Source of the DNA: Minutocellus sp. GHC0000111
Lineage: Eukaryota
NCBI GenBank assembly: GCA_977018835.1
Contig: OZ361258.1
Coordinates: forward strand, 4,898,001-4,962,000
Length of the DNA stretch: 64,000 bases
Direction of reading: 5' to 3'
Shown: piece by piece, positions 9,409-21,647 of the stretch
Position numbering within the stretch: the first letter of the stretch is position 1
Layout of the letters: each line of letters starts with the position of its first letter
The notes under the pieces: model-generated
Database searches by the model: none
Told to the model about the DNA's origin: nothing
Seen by the model: the letters and a program-made list of their open reading frames with translations, nothing else
Program-made: the position numbers and the translations under genes

Positions 9409-12400
9409 ATGTCGTCTTCCCAACCTACTACCGATCACGTCGCGTTTCCCTTCAGTGGTCAAGGTGTCCCTCATGTGACTGCATCTTCCCGAGGCAGAGG
9501 GCGCCCTCATCCTGTGGCGACATCTTCTCGAGCCAGAAGCCGGAGCGGGGCAGCGCCGTGTAAGATGCCGCAGGTCCCGCATGATATGTCTCAATACGCC
9601 GCTCTTCCGGCCGCTGTGGGAGAGGGTGGCGGGTTTACACTTGCCCAACCAGATATTGGGCAAAATCAGCCGGCAGTGACTCAAGTTGAAATGACGCAGG
9701 CCGACCAAGGCAACGCAGTAACCGGAGCTCAGCCCGCCGCCAAACGCCACGCAGCGGCCATTGCCCCTCCTCCGTCCCACGGCAGCGGCAGCAGTGGCAG
9801 CAATATTTTCAGTGGACTCCACCAAACCAACGCAGGGACGTGGACAGCACGATACTATCGGAAGGTGATTGGAACCTTTATTTCCGCCGAGGCAGCACAA
9901 CATGCCTATTCAACCGTCAGAAAGGCAGTCACAGACTCTGGCCTTCCTGTTCGCTTTACAAATTCGAAGTTCCTCGAGATTTTTGACAAGGCAGTGAGAG
10001 AAGTAAGAGAAGCAGCGCTGGCCGATGGCTCCCTGATAGCACCAGAACCTGAGGAATCGATCACAAAAACGGGATCTGGGAGGACTACTGAATGTCAAGC
10101 GGAAAGGGCAACTGACAACGCTCCTTCACAAGGGGGAAGCGCTACCAGGGCTCGTTCTGGTTACGTCCAGCAAACTCGCGCGGGGACGTGGACAGCAACA
10201 TTTTCAATCACGGGCACTCGAAGATGGATCGGGACCTTCACCACTGCCGAAGCGGCATCTGAGGCCTATGAAACCGTGCAAACCGCGTTCGAAGGATGCA
10301 CCCTCAACAAGCACGACCTCAAGCGCATGGAGATATTCGAGAAGGCAAAGAAAGAAGCAAGAGATGCTGCGCTTGCCAATCGCTGTCTGGTAGTAGCAAC
10401 CAATGTGCAAAAGTCGACTGAGACCAAAGGGCGAACTGTGAGCGCAACCGATAGCAATCCGCTCCAGGGTTGCTACCAATCTCCTGCCACTGGGACGTGG
10501 CAAGCCAAATTTTCTCGGAAGGTGATCGGAAGCTTTACGACCGCCGAGGCAGCACAACATGCCTATGCAACCGTCAGAAATGCAGTCACAGCATCTGGTC
10601 TCCGTGCTAAAAATCCGATGCGCAATGAAGTGTTCGAGGAGGCTAAAAAATCAGTACGAGAAGCTGCGCTGGCCGATGGTTGTCTTGTACCGAGAGGGAA
10701 TGAAATTGAAGAAGCTTCGGTACCGACGGTTCTTGATACAGCAGATGATGCAACCGAGACATCCGAATGCAAAGGACCAGGAGATTCGCTCCGAAGAGGG
10801 AAATGGACGCCAGAGGAAGAAGAATACGCAAAGAAGGCCATTGCAGATTTTCATGCCGGAGTCCTCCGAGCACCGCCGGGGACAATGCTCCGAAAGTATC
10901 TAAGCGAGAAGCTCAACTGTGATCCAATGAGAATTTCCAAGAAGTTTGAAGGAGAACTTGCCGTTGGTATTCACTCCTTCCAAGCACTGCCTCGAACCGT
11001 TGACAATGCTGCAGATATTGACAAGGCGCAGGTACGTTCTTGCGTGCTTTGAATTAATGGTCTATGGTGTTTTTGGCAACTATTTGCATCACTTGATTCT
11101 CTTTTCCTATTATCACTATATCTAATTGTGATGTTCCTGTTATCATATTTCTTTTCGGTTTAGTCGGAACTTGACGAGCTGGAAAGAATGTGGAGGGAGC
11201 GACTTGAACGCGATGGCATTGGCGCTGCCGCCATTCGCAAAGGCCCGTCCAACAGCAGTGCTGAGAGCCGTGATAGCAGGCCGTTGTGTCGTGGTATCAC
11301 TCAGACAGCCGCTGGGACATGGGCAGTAACAACTAAGATCGCGGGCGCTAAAAAAACGATTGGAACTTTTCGCTCCGTCGAAGCAGCATCCAAAGCCTTC
11401 GAATGTGTCAGAGCCAAAATTGAAGGATCAGATCTGCCCTCAAGCGATCAAAAGCTTCTTGAGATATATGAAGAGGCAAGGAAAGAAGCAAGAGAAGCTG
11501 CGCTAGCCAGTGGCTGCCTCGTAGAGTGCAGACCTAGGATTCTCGATTCTCTTCCAACGATACCGACACCGACATCGATTTTTGGAACTAACACGGCAGC
11601 TTTTACCGAGCGAGACGAGAAAGCGACGAGCCAAGTTGAATTGCTTCCAGGTTGTACGACGGAACTCGACAGCAAAGCCCTCAATGACTCGCCAGCATTG
11701 AAACAACTAATGGCCTCTTTGCAGGGCATTCACTCCGCGTATGGTGCTCCTGCGGAGGGAAAGGTTGCACGAAATGATGAATTTGGCAAAAAGCGTCCGG
11801 CACGCCAAACAAGAAAGAGTAGCGATGCGGATTTTGATCTTGCAGAGGGCGACCAGATGCACACTGGCAAGGCCCCGTCTCGTGACAATTCTGGAAACAA
11901 TAGCAGGAGGAGAGCCCGAGGAATGGTCCGAGGAATCAAGCAAACGAGCACTGGGGCTTGGACAGCATCATATCTCCAGAAGACGATCGGAACTTTTACT
12001 ACGGCAGAAGCAGCATCAACTGCCTATAAAACCGTCAGAAACGAATTAGTAGGATCTATCCTTCCGTCGAACAATCCGTTGCGCCTGCAGATATTCGAGA
12101 AGGCAAAGAAAGAAGCAAGAGATGCTGCACTTGCAAGTGGATGCCTCATAACAACTTCGACATCGACGCCAAATATCCAAGCAAATGCGGCGGCTATTTC
12201 AATCGAGGCTACTAAAGGAGAAGCAAATGCAAAGAAGCGTGGGCAAGGTCAACCGCGGGAAAATGTAAACCCTTTCGTGGATCCTTTCGAAGAACGTTCA
12301 AAGAGGCGTTGTCGTCCGCGGGAGAGTGTTGATCCTCGCATCGCAATCGCCCATCAGACCCTCGCAATGCAAAAACAGTCGGCCGGCCCAACAGCCGAGA

Positions 12401-13137
12401 TTGTCGTTCAGACCATACACTGTATGCCGGCATTGGCCAGTGAGGTTGATTTCGATATCCATGAGCCCCCCATGACGCCAATTGTCAAGGAGGGCAGCAT
12501 GCCCGTATGTAACAGCAAAACTGAGCTTAATGAGCACGATGTCTTGCTTGGAAGGGGCCCAGGGGCCGCCAAACAAATAGGCAACCAAAAATTCCGTGAT
12601 CTTGTTAGAGACTTTCAGCCTACCTATCTACTGGCAAAGAGGAAAGAGAAGTCTCTGCTTGCTCGGTCGATTGTTCTCATCGTTCGCAAGCGAGGTGGAA
12701 GATTTGTCAAAAAGGATGACAAGACAGGTGGTCTCTACGAGATTGGTGATGCCAAGGCCGAGTTTAAAGCAGCGCAGGCGCTCCGTGAAGGTCTTGGCAT
12801 TCGTGCAACGGAAAGGAAGCATAGCGACTGTGCCGCGCAGAAACAGTCGGCAGTCCCCTTCGATGTCGACATGCCTGACGATGGCAGGACAAACATGGAT
12901 CGGGTTCCTTTTCCCTTTGCCACGACGAATGGCATTACCGACGATGTGGCGGAAATTGCAGCAAGCATCTTGGCAGAAAGAGATGCCAAGAAGAAGATCG
13001 ACGCACCATCGGTGGTACCGTTACCGTTACCGGTTCATGTAGAAGGCGTGCAGGGCGGGTACCGGTACGAGCTCGATGGAGGCATGGAAGAGGGTTCAGA
13101 AGGGGACGAATGGACAAGCGAGGTAGCTGAAGTTTAA
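9409..13137 (+). CDS. Putative multi-domain transcription factor: five AP2-like repeats, RRGKWTxEEE/CDPMRISKKF domain and DUF6824 (~1,198 aa)
   Basis: Exons 9409-11031 and 11164-13137; intron GTACG...TAG, phase 0. Repeats G-x-x-Q-x-x-x-GTW...IGTF.TAEAA..AY. DUF6824 motif HDVLLGRG...GNQKFR...GGRFVK...KAAQALRE. Confidence 0.85.
11391..12528 (+). repeat. Source copy of the inverted duplication at 4323-5460
   Basis: Reverse complement of 4323-5460. Confidence 0.95.
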
Positions 13138-13401
13138 GTAATTGATTATTATGTGTTATATAGATCTATCTACCACCACCCGTAGAGCACTGATGTAGAC
13201 TCTATTCCACACTTGGTATTTTGGTTCAAAAGCAGGCGGCCAGATAGAGCGGCCGGGCAGCGTTCAGGTGCTGTGGTGACGCAAGTAAGAAAGAGTCCCG
13301 AAATCTGCCGGGCGGGTGGTCATTCCATCGGCGCCCCAAGGAGTGGCCATGACGAAGGATATTGCGATCCATAGCCGCTGTACTTTGACATTCCGAACAC
13401 C

Positions 13402-16330
13402 ATGGAGTACGATCGTGCCCTGTACCGCGTATACGAGCGCATACTCGACGATTTGCAGGCGTCGGAGCCGGTCCTTTTGTCTGCCCCGACCTCGCGTTCA
13501 GCCAACGGCGCCGATGCCGCTCGAGGCAGCGGGCAGCAGTCCGGTCCATCCCTCCCATACTTTCTCCCTGTACAATGCGCTCATTGTTTAGACAATTCGC
13601 TGGATGCCTTGGTGCATTTCAACGATGCTGGAGACGATGTCGCAGAGGAAAATCCGACGGAACGACAAAGGCGCATCCGTCGAGCTGCCGCACATGCCAC
13701 GCGGGAGTCGACTCAAATTGCGTTCCACATGTGCCGACACGTCCTGCGTCGCGTCAGGATACGTCTATGGTCGGTTGTTCGTGGCCCTGGTGGGTTTCTA
13801 CACGGCAGAGTGTTTGGATTTTACAACTACGAGGCTGTGCCACGATCGTTGAATGATTTGGAGGTGACCCGACCTGATACCGTAGACGATGAAGACGGTG
13901 ATGAGGAGATGGGCGGCAGCAATGCAGGAGGAGTCGAGCTTGCCAACATGTCGGGTCGTTTGTCGTCGAACGGACTGAGAAGACGAGGGAGGAACGGCGC
14001 TGCGCCTATATCTGGCAATAACAATAGCAGCATCATGCAGGAGATTTCGCCAACAGAAGACGATGGTGTCGATGATGATGATTTTGATGAATCCTCAACC
14101 TCAGATTCGAGCACTTCCAGTAGCGATGACGGAGATGATGGCCTCATGGATGTGGACGTGGAAGGTCAGGCGGTACATCGTCAGGCAAGACAACGCGAAA
14201 GAATTCGGCGTGGTCAACGCAATGGAACTAACGCAGCTGCGATGCAAATAACTACGAGGATGCGCCGCGACGAGGCTGGATTGCTATGCACCCAAAAGGG
14301 CGTGTATGCCGTATCAAGAGCGGCGGCATTTTGGGGATATGCAAGTCTATTTTTTTTGTATTGCCTTCATACCACATATGTGGGGGCTGGTGTTACAACA
14401 CATTCGGGTGTAATGCGAGCCATAAATTTTGTGGGAAATGTTATAGGGGGAAAAGATGATCGAGACAAATTGGTCACCTGCATTGAACGTGCTCTCCAGA
14501 CAAGACCAATTGAGGAACGGCGCAAGTTGGCCTACTTTGATCGATTCGGTGACAAGTACCTGGATGATGATACGGCCAACAACGATGAAGACGATGAGAA
14601 TTCCGATAAGAAAAAATAGGACGAATTTGCGAGGGAACAAGGCCAGAACCCAGAAGGGATATTACATGAAGTCTGTAGATACAGGAGAAGCAGGAACCAT
14701 GGAGACCAATAACTGGTTCGGTAACTTTTTCCGGTGGGGAAACAACGATAGTGCGACAACAATTTCCTTGAACGCAACAGAGGATAAGGGGGACCCTCCG
14801 CTTCTCGGCCGAGATGAGATTCTCCAAATTAAGATTCTGTACGGAGGAACATGCGACGGCCAATGCTCAAGAGTACGAAATGTTGTCTATCCTTCCCGAG
14901 CAGCGAAAAATGCCACTCACAATTCGACTGATTTCATTTCTGATCTTGGTGATGATGATGCAGATCCGCTATTGGAAAGCACGGCCGATCGAGTTGCTGG
15001 CCGAAAAACTGCCGACAATAGCACTTGGTCCAGACGATCCTTCTTTGGAAGGAAGAATAAGGCAGATTCATCTTGGAATCAAACCAGTAGTACTGATCGC
15101 CTTTCATCGCCAAAGTTTTGGAAGAAGCCACACTATCGTTTTGCCACGGACGATGCTCTGATGTATCTGGACCATCGTGCATCGACTCTGCACAATATCA
15201 ATGTAGTCAATGTAACAGTCACCGAGAGATGCCTCAGCGCGGGTAGTGATGATGGATCTTTGAGCCTCGCGGGTCGCATAGCCGAGTTCTCAGCGCAAGT
15301 GTTTGGCATGGACACGCCAATGATAAATCAGCTCATGTATGGCATACGGTCCCATAATGGCAAATATCGGAATGGCCATCTTGTCAATCTGGAGAGCAAA
15401 GAGCATTGGACTTGGCGACGTAAGCAGATGGAATTTTACGAAGATGGCGATCCTTTTGCCTGGTTCATGCGAAAGACAGGTATTGTCTCCTTGTCAATAC
15501 TCACATTCATCTTGTTGACAAGTGTAACGTCAATTATTGTTCGGGTGTTGACAACCAGTGGTGTAGTGTTAATGTTTCCAGTGTTTACATTCTTCCGCCT
15601 TCTGGGTGTGCCAGGAGCAGACGAAAGACTACTTGGATTATCCTACCCATGGATAGGCAGAGCTAGAAACGCGGTGATCCGACGAAGGACACATCCACCG
15701 GCACATCTGATCGCGGCGCATGGCGCCAAAATATTCTTGTATTATCTAATGTATGAGGCTTGCCAAGCAGCATGGAGTGCCGTTCTTTATGGCAAATCCA
15801 TCCCTAGTGGGCTACAGATATACATTTTTGGTTTCTGCATGATCTGGTAAGCTTTTATATCTATTTGATCTTCTCATGTGGACTAAACAGAATCTCTCAC
15901 GCGTTTAGACATTGTTCCTCTGAAAACTACAGGGAGTACTTTTCGATGGTGTTTGTCCGCTCGGCTTTGTCGGTCCATTTTCCCTCGGATTCTGCTCTTT
16001 TACTTTGTCCTGTATCATTTCTACTTTCTGTCAATCCCATACGGATGGTTTGATGTGGCGCTGATACCTTGGTTTCTCTTCCTTGTTCAAGCAATGGCTT
16101 ACACAATCATTGCCCTTGAAATACCAGCCGCGGCCAGAGGCGCCATGTCAGCTGAATGTCCAAGAGAAGTCTACAACAAATTGGCCTGGGCCGAATGGTC
16201 TTCGGCCGTTCCCCAAGAATTCACTCTATTTTTGCCTCTAAATTCTCGTCACACACCCTTGTATGATCGTGAAGTCAGTGATGTTCCCGAAGAAGGACGG
16301 CAAGCAGGAGCAGAGCAAGCAGAGGCATAA
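13402..16330 (+). CDS. Membralin (TMEM259)-like multipass membrane protein, with two frameshifts
   Basis: LFFLYCLHTTYV, GMDTPMINQL and WEYFSMVFVRSALSVHF-PRILLFYFVLYHFYF with several TM helices. Intron 15847-15932. Frameshifts at the A-run 14611-14616 and T/C-run ~15978-15984. Confidence 0.7.
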
Positions 16331-16396
16331 ACTACGTAGCTAGCTAGATTGAAAATAGTATATTGCTGTGATCACAAGACAAATCATTTACTGTAC

Positions 16397-19300
16397 TTAT
16401 TTGCCCTTCAAAGCGTTCTTGATTTTCTTCTTGATGCCCTTCTTTTCTTTCATCTGCAACTGGTACATGGGATAGGTAAAGTATTCCGATGCTTTAGCGC
16501 CACCTCCACTCAATCCACCTCTCAATATTGTTGCGCCTCCGACTTCTCGTGCAAAACCATGGTCAACTAAATCAGATAATTCTCGAGTGCGATCAACCGA
16601 AGAGCTTCTTCGCGCCACCTCATCATTGCGATCCCGTGTTTTTGGATGTGCATCCAACCACTGCCCTCGACGGTCCTGGTCGCTGCCACCTTCAATCATT
16701 TTTTGTATATCAAGAGAGCTATCCACCGATTGAGAGCGCCGTCGTTCCCGACTTGCATCTGAAGGACGCTCAAGTTCACCTATTGCCCTATCGAGATTTT
16801 GCGACCGGTCTCTTGACCGAGATCTTCTCTTGTAGTATCTGTCAGAATTACCACCGTCAACCATAAAATCACTCGCCCTTCTGTATTTATCAGATTTTGT
16901 AATGCCATTCTCCACATGCACATTGTCACTCGATCTTCGGCGCGAATCACTGTCCTTGGGTAGCCCCCGATTGAGTTTGGCCAGCTGTGGAGCATGTAGT
17001 TTTGCCAGATGCGCCGTAATGTCAGCAGGTCTTTCAGCAGCTTTGCGTCGGCCGCGTTTATCCTTCTTATCCTTCGAAGGCAAGGGTTTGAGATCAATTT
17101 GAGACGATAGGCCATCTACTTCAACAGAAGATCGAGAGGATCGGCGGCGTTCTCTTCCTGCACTGTCTATTTGCGCCGCAATGTCGCTTGATCTATCCAT
17201 AGAACGTGATCGGCGTCGTTCCATACGTCTTTTCTCATCGCCCCTACCTCGATAATTTGCGTCAATTTCTTCTACAATATCAATTGACCGATCCATCGAG
17301 CGGGATCGTCGTCTTTCCGCTCTTTGCTCATCCCTACTTTGTGAATCGCGGTCTACCTGGGCCATAATGTCACCGGATCTTTCCGAGGAGCGAGATTTCC
17401 GCCGCGCAGCCTTTTCTTGCATTTCCTTGCGTGCAAGCTGATCAGATAAGTCGGCAGCTCTATCTGCAGAACGCGAACGCCTGTGCCGATGGTCGGATGA
17501 CCTCCTTTCCAAGGCTTTCCTGCCTCTTTCCGCTTGCATTTATATATCCATCGCAGTTCGAGATCGGCTGCGTGGAATTACACCAGGACGCTTCGTCATT
17601 TCTGCTTCATCAAATGGTTTAGATAACGCTGCCAGGCTCTCTCTCGATCTGCTTCGCTGCATTGATGACTCTTTGGTAGAATTGAAGTCCATATTGGGCA
17701 TGACAGACAGTTTACCACGTGACTTGCTTCGGCGAATAGGCTTTGCGTCGTTGGATTCTTCACGATAATCGAAAACAACATCCATTTCAATCTGACAGCC
17801 TTCCATACTTTTGTTGAGCATATCCAGCGCTCTGTCACTAGATCTAGAACGCCGTCGGCCTCGTTTGCCAGAATCATCGCTCCCTCTCCTCGAAGATCGT
17901 CGGCAGTCATCTTCAATGACATTATACTTCTTCGCATCGTCTTCTGCCATTTGCTTCTGAGCGGCTTGAATAGAACCTCGACGCGGCTGGCGTGACTTTT
18001 GTTCCTTGGAAGTCTGAGGCTGCGTGTCGCTTGTCTGCGGTGGGCGATCAACGCCATACTTTTTGGCATCGTCGTTCATAAGTTGCTGCTGTGCTGCTTG
18101 AATCGACCCACGATGAGGTTGTCGCATCGTCTTGACTACCTCTTCAGCATCCTTGAGATCTCCCGCATCGTTGAGCTCGCTTAGAAATTTCTCTCGAACA
18201 TCGACACTTGACCGTGATGAGCGTCGGGAGGTACTCTTTTTCTCCTGTATTTGTGTATCTTTCAGTTGTTGCAAGTCATCAATGAATCGATTGCCAACCT
18301 TTTCGGTAGAAACGGAATGCAAGTCGTCTCCCCGTTTCCTTGTTCGTTCCATTGGAGCGGCGCCGTCGTCGTCTACAAGGCTAGCGATGTGCCTCATTCC
18401 ATCCACAGAAGACGACCGACGGCCTCCCCGGCGCTCTTTCGCTTCACTTTGCCCGACACTCCCGTCGACACCGGCCGCAGTAGTCGATTTGTCATCCGAT
18501 TGGGCGATATCAATGTCCCGAGCTGCGATGCCCATGGATCACCACCTCGTCGCTGGACAGGATGCCGCCGTCCTCGCTATCGGTGTCCTGGAGGAGAGAG
18601 GACCTTCGTCTGCCGGTTGGGTCGGCTGCCTTATTGGTGCCATTGGCCAAAGAGCTCCGCCTACCACGTCGGACAGTGGGTCTCATCTTGTCATCGACCC
18701 TCTTCTCCATGTCGCAAGCACTGCCGATTGACCGGATCGACCGGTCACCCATGCTCACCACGCTCCCACCGCAGCTGGCCTTGCTGGTCATCGACCCACG
18801 TCGATTGACTCTTCCGTGGACCTGATCATCCAGTTGTTTTGCAATTGCTGCACCATCATCTCCTCATCGGCTCGCTTCTTGCTACTAATGCCATCACCCG
18901 ATCGTCGGCGAGGTGACGAGGAACCAGCAGCCGCCATATCGGCAGCCTCGGCGGCATCAGCGGCCGCCGCAAAGTCCCGATCACGAGATCTCGACCGTAC
19001 TCGAGCGGCATGAATCTTGGCCCGAGCGTCAGCCTTGGCGGCCGAGGGTTTCATCCGGCTCCGACCACGAGGCTGTTGCGAACTGTTGGAGGCTAGGCTG
19101 CCCCGTCGATTGGAAGTCACATATGGCACATCCTTGGCGTAGTCCCGACTCATGTTCATAGTGGCACGCTCCTGCTCCTCCTGGGCGACGGCCAAATCGT
19201 GGAGCTGCTGCGCACGCTCCCTCGACCGAGAACGAATCATGTGCATCTTGGAACTCGACGTGCTGACGACGCTGCCGGAACTTCGACACGCGTCTCCTCC

Positions 19301-19633
19301 GCCGGAATAATTACGTGATAGTTCCGGTGGTGGCTCTGCATCTCCAATGATGTCACTGGAACGCTTCAGACAACCCTTGATCTGTTTGGGCGGCTGTGCA
19401 CCGCCACCGCCGCGGGAATCCCTGTGTTCGCTTTTCGTGTCTGTTATGGACAAACCGCCGCTCGTGCTCAATGTTCCCAGCGTCAGGTTGGACTCGCATG
19501 CGTTGCCTTCAGCACTGCCAGTATCTGCTGCGACATCGAGCCCTTCAATATTCAAGTCAGTAACCGTGATCGAAAGACGCTTCTGCCGAGCCACCAGCTC
19601 CTCCTTCGTCATGGACGACAGGTGCATGTCCAT
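16397..19633 (-). CDS. Large low-complexity Arg/Ser/Asp-rich hypothetical protein, disrupted
   Basis: Four consecutive ORFs share RRSRS.DR and RRGS repeats. They join via frameshifts at ~18838 and ~18540 and an in-frame TAA at 17540-17542. Confidence 0.65.
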
Positions 19634-19936
19634 CTTGCCTGCTCCTCGCGATTGTAGGTACTGTAGGCCTCAATTCAAAATGATCAAATGTTCTTTTGAA
19701 AAAAGCAACGCAACTTGTGCCGGAAAAAGATACAGAAGTCCTCGCATCAAACGACGGCGCAAACCAAACCGATGAATGCAGACAATGTATTGATGTTATC
19801 GGTGACTCCAAGAGCAAATGGCACATCAGCACCGCTACCGGTGATCATGCCATGCATTTATTTGGGTTTTGCCGCAGCTTTGCCGAGGGCGGATGATGGT
19901 CCAACAATTATGCCTCCACTTATGCCCCATCATTTG

Positions 19937-20272
19937 ATCAGACGCTTAGCTTCACCAAAAACATTCACCAAATTCCCTGTCGAGCGAGTCAAGCAGGAAA
20001 AAATTCACAAGAACACAAGGGATACACGAGAAAATCATGGCCGCCCGCGAAGCGGGCGGACCGGCCACGTAGTGGCCGGAACGTGGAGCGCCGAAGGCAG
20101 CGGAGCTCAGTATAGGGTATAGGGTTAGGGTTAGGGAATAAGGTCGTGGCGATGACACATGATGTGGTATCCGGGAACACGCGGGACCAATTGTAACACT
20201 TAGTGTTTTTACGCGACAACGGACGACGGACAGGAATTTGGTGAATGTTTTTGGTGAAGCTAAGCGTCTGAT
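19937..20272. mobile_element. MITE with 40-bp perfect TIRs and 9-bp TSD (Mutator-like)
   Basis: TIR ATCAGACGCTTAGCTTCACCAAAAACATTCACCAAATTCC at both ends. CATCATTTG is duplicated at 19928-19936 and 20273-20281. Internal TATAGGG-TATAGGG-TTAGGG-TTAGGG. Confidence 0.92.
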
Positions 20273-20456
20273 CATCATTTGCTGCTTTCAAAATGTCAAA
20301 AGTGGCTTTTGTGGACCGGGAACACTCCCAGCATCTCATTTCCACAGGCAGGAGTGGAAGATATTGCCTGAAAAATCCCAGCCAACAGCCAAGTTCAAGG
20401 AAGGAGTAATAACAGCTCGTTCATTCCGCCATCATCGCAACCGTCCCCACAGGACC

Positions 20457-21341
20457 ATGAATCCACGCTTTCTTACTCTCAACTCCTTGGCCAGGCTGGC
20501 ATTTGCACTGACATGCGCTACTTTTCCTTGCAATGCCAACGCCCAGGTTGTGACCGAATTCGACACGTCGACGGGAGGATTCCTGATCACGTGCGATCCA
20601 ACCCAGCTGCCCGCCTTCTGCGCCTTTGACGAGACATACTCCAGGTACATCCACCTTTTGGACCCCGACATCGATTTATCTTTCCCTGGTGTCGTCAAGT
20701 TCACCAGACCTATAGATATCTTTGGCGCCGAAGACTGCAGGGAAGAAAGCTGCCGCTTCTACTGCGACGACGTATGTTCGTGTGAGACGGGGACAATGGC
20801 CTCGCCCGGCGGTGGATTCCAACCCGACGGCGGTTCGTGTACGGTTCTATCGAGCAATCCGGGAACCGTCCCCACGGCCCAACCCACTGCCATGCCGACC
20901 GCTGCCCCTACCTTCGACATGGACACGTCGGTAATGTACAATGCCACCGACATGGTCGAGTCGAAGAATCAGGCCCTCCGTGTGAACTGCGGCGGCGACT
21001 GGCCCGTCGAGGACAGCTACTGCAAGGAGGTCTCGGGTAGGCTTAGCTATACACTCCAAAACCCGTCTACAGGAACTCACGGGTGGACTAACTGCAACCA
21101 GAACGGAGACGACTGCGTCGTCGCGTGCAGTCCCGACTGCACCTGCGAGGTCGCCGCCCTGACTGACGGCGGCGGCTACGACGACACGGTACCCACAACA
21201 CCCTGTGAGGTCGTTGAGCCGACTCCAGCTCCAACTGGTATGCCGACCACCTCCCCTACCAGTGGGTCAGCAGGATCTCATGTGTCAGTATGGACCTTTG
21301 CTGGCCTGGCGATTGCATATGTTGTAGATTGGATGGTCTAA
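20457..21341 (+). CDS. Secreted, likely GPI-anchored protein with two Cys-rich repeats and Pro/Thr linkers
   Basis: Signal peptide, two C...C...CxxxC...CxxxCxCE modules, PTxxPT linkers, and SGS followed by a hydrophobic C-terminus. Confidence 0.75.
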   Translation: MNPRFLTLNSLARLAFALTCATFPCNANAQVVTEFDTSTGGFLITCDPTQLPAFCAFDETYSRYIHLLDPDIDLSFPGVVKFTRPIDIFGAEDCREESCRFYCDDVCSCETGTMASPGGGFQPDGGSCTVLSSNPGTVPTAQPTAMPTAAPTFDMDTSVMYNATDMVESKNQALRVNCGGDWPVEDSYCKEVSGRLSYTLQNPSTGTHGWTNCNQNGDDCVVACSPDCTCEVAALTDGGGYDDTVPTTPCEVVEPTPAPTGMPTTSPTSGSAGSHVSVWTFAGLAIAYVVDWMV

Positions 21342-21647
21342 GCTTTGAAATGGGCGTTGAAACGTCTTGAGATACATGTATGCAAGGCCCGGTTCTCCTG
21401 TTCGCAACTGCATCTTGTAACCAGCGCCTGGTTTCAATCGTTGAGTTGCTCTCATGTTCACATCCCAGTATACGTCGTAATATTATTGTCATTGACGAAT
21501 AGAACAGGTAATCGTACTGAATTCAATGTACGTCAATGTAGAGAGTTGCAGAGTTACACATTCAAATTCTGCAGGAGAAATTTCCATCCTCTTATATACA
21601 ATACTATTGGGATCTTCAGTTATAATGGTTGCTCATTAAGGAATGTT

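Noticed and set aside
20111..20136. Chromosome end or telomere fusion site
   Set aside because: Only two perfect TTAGGG units, enclosed within a TIR/TSD-bounded MITE.
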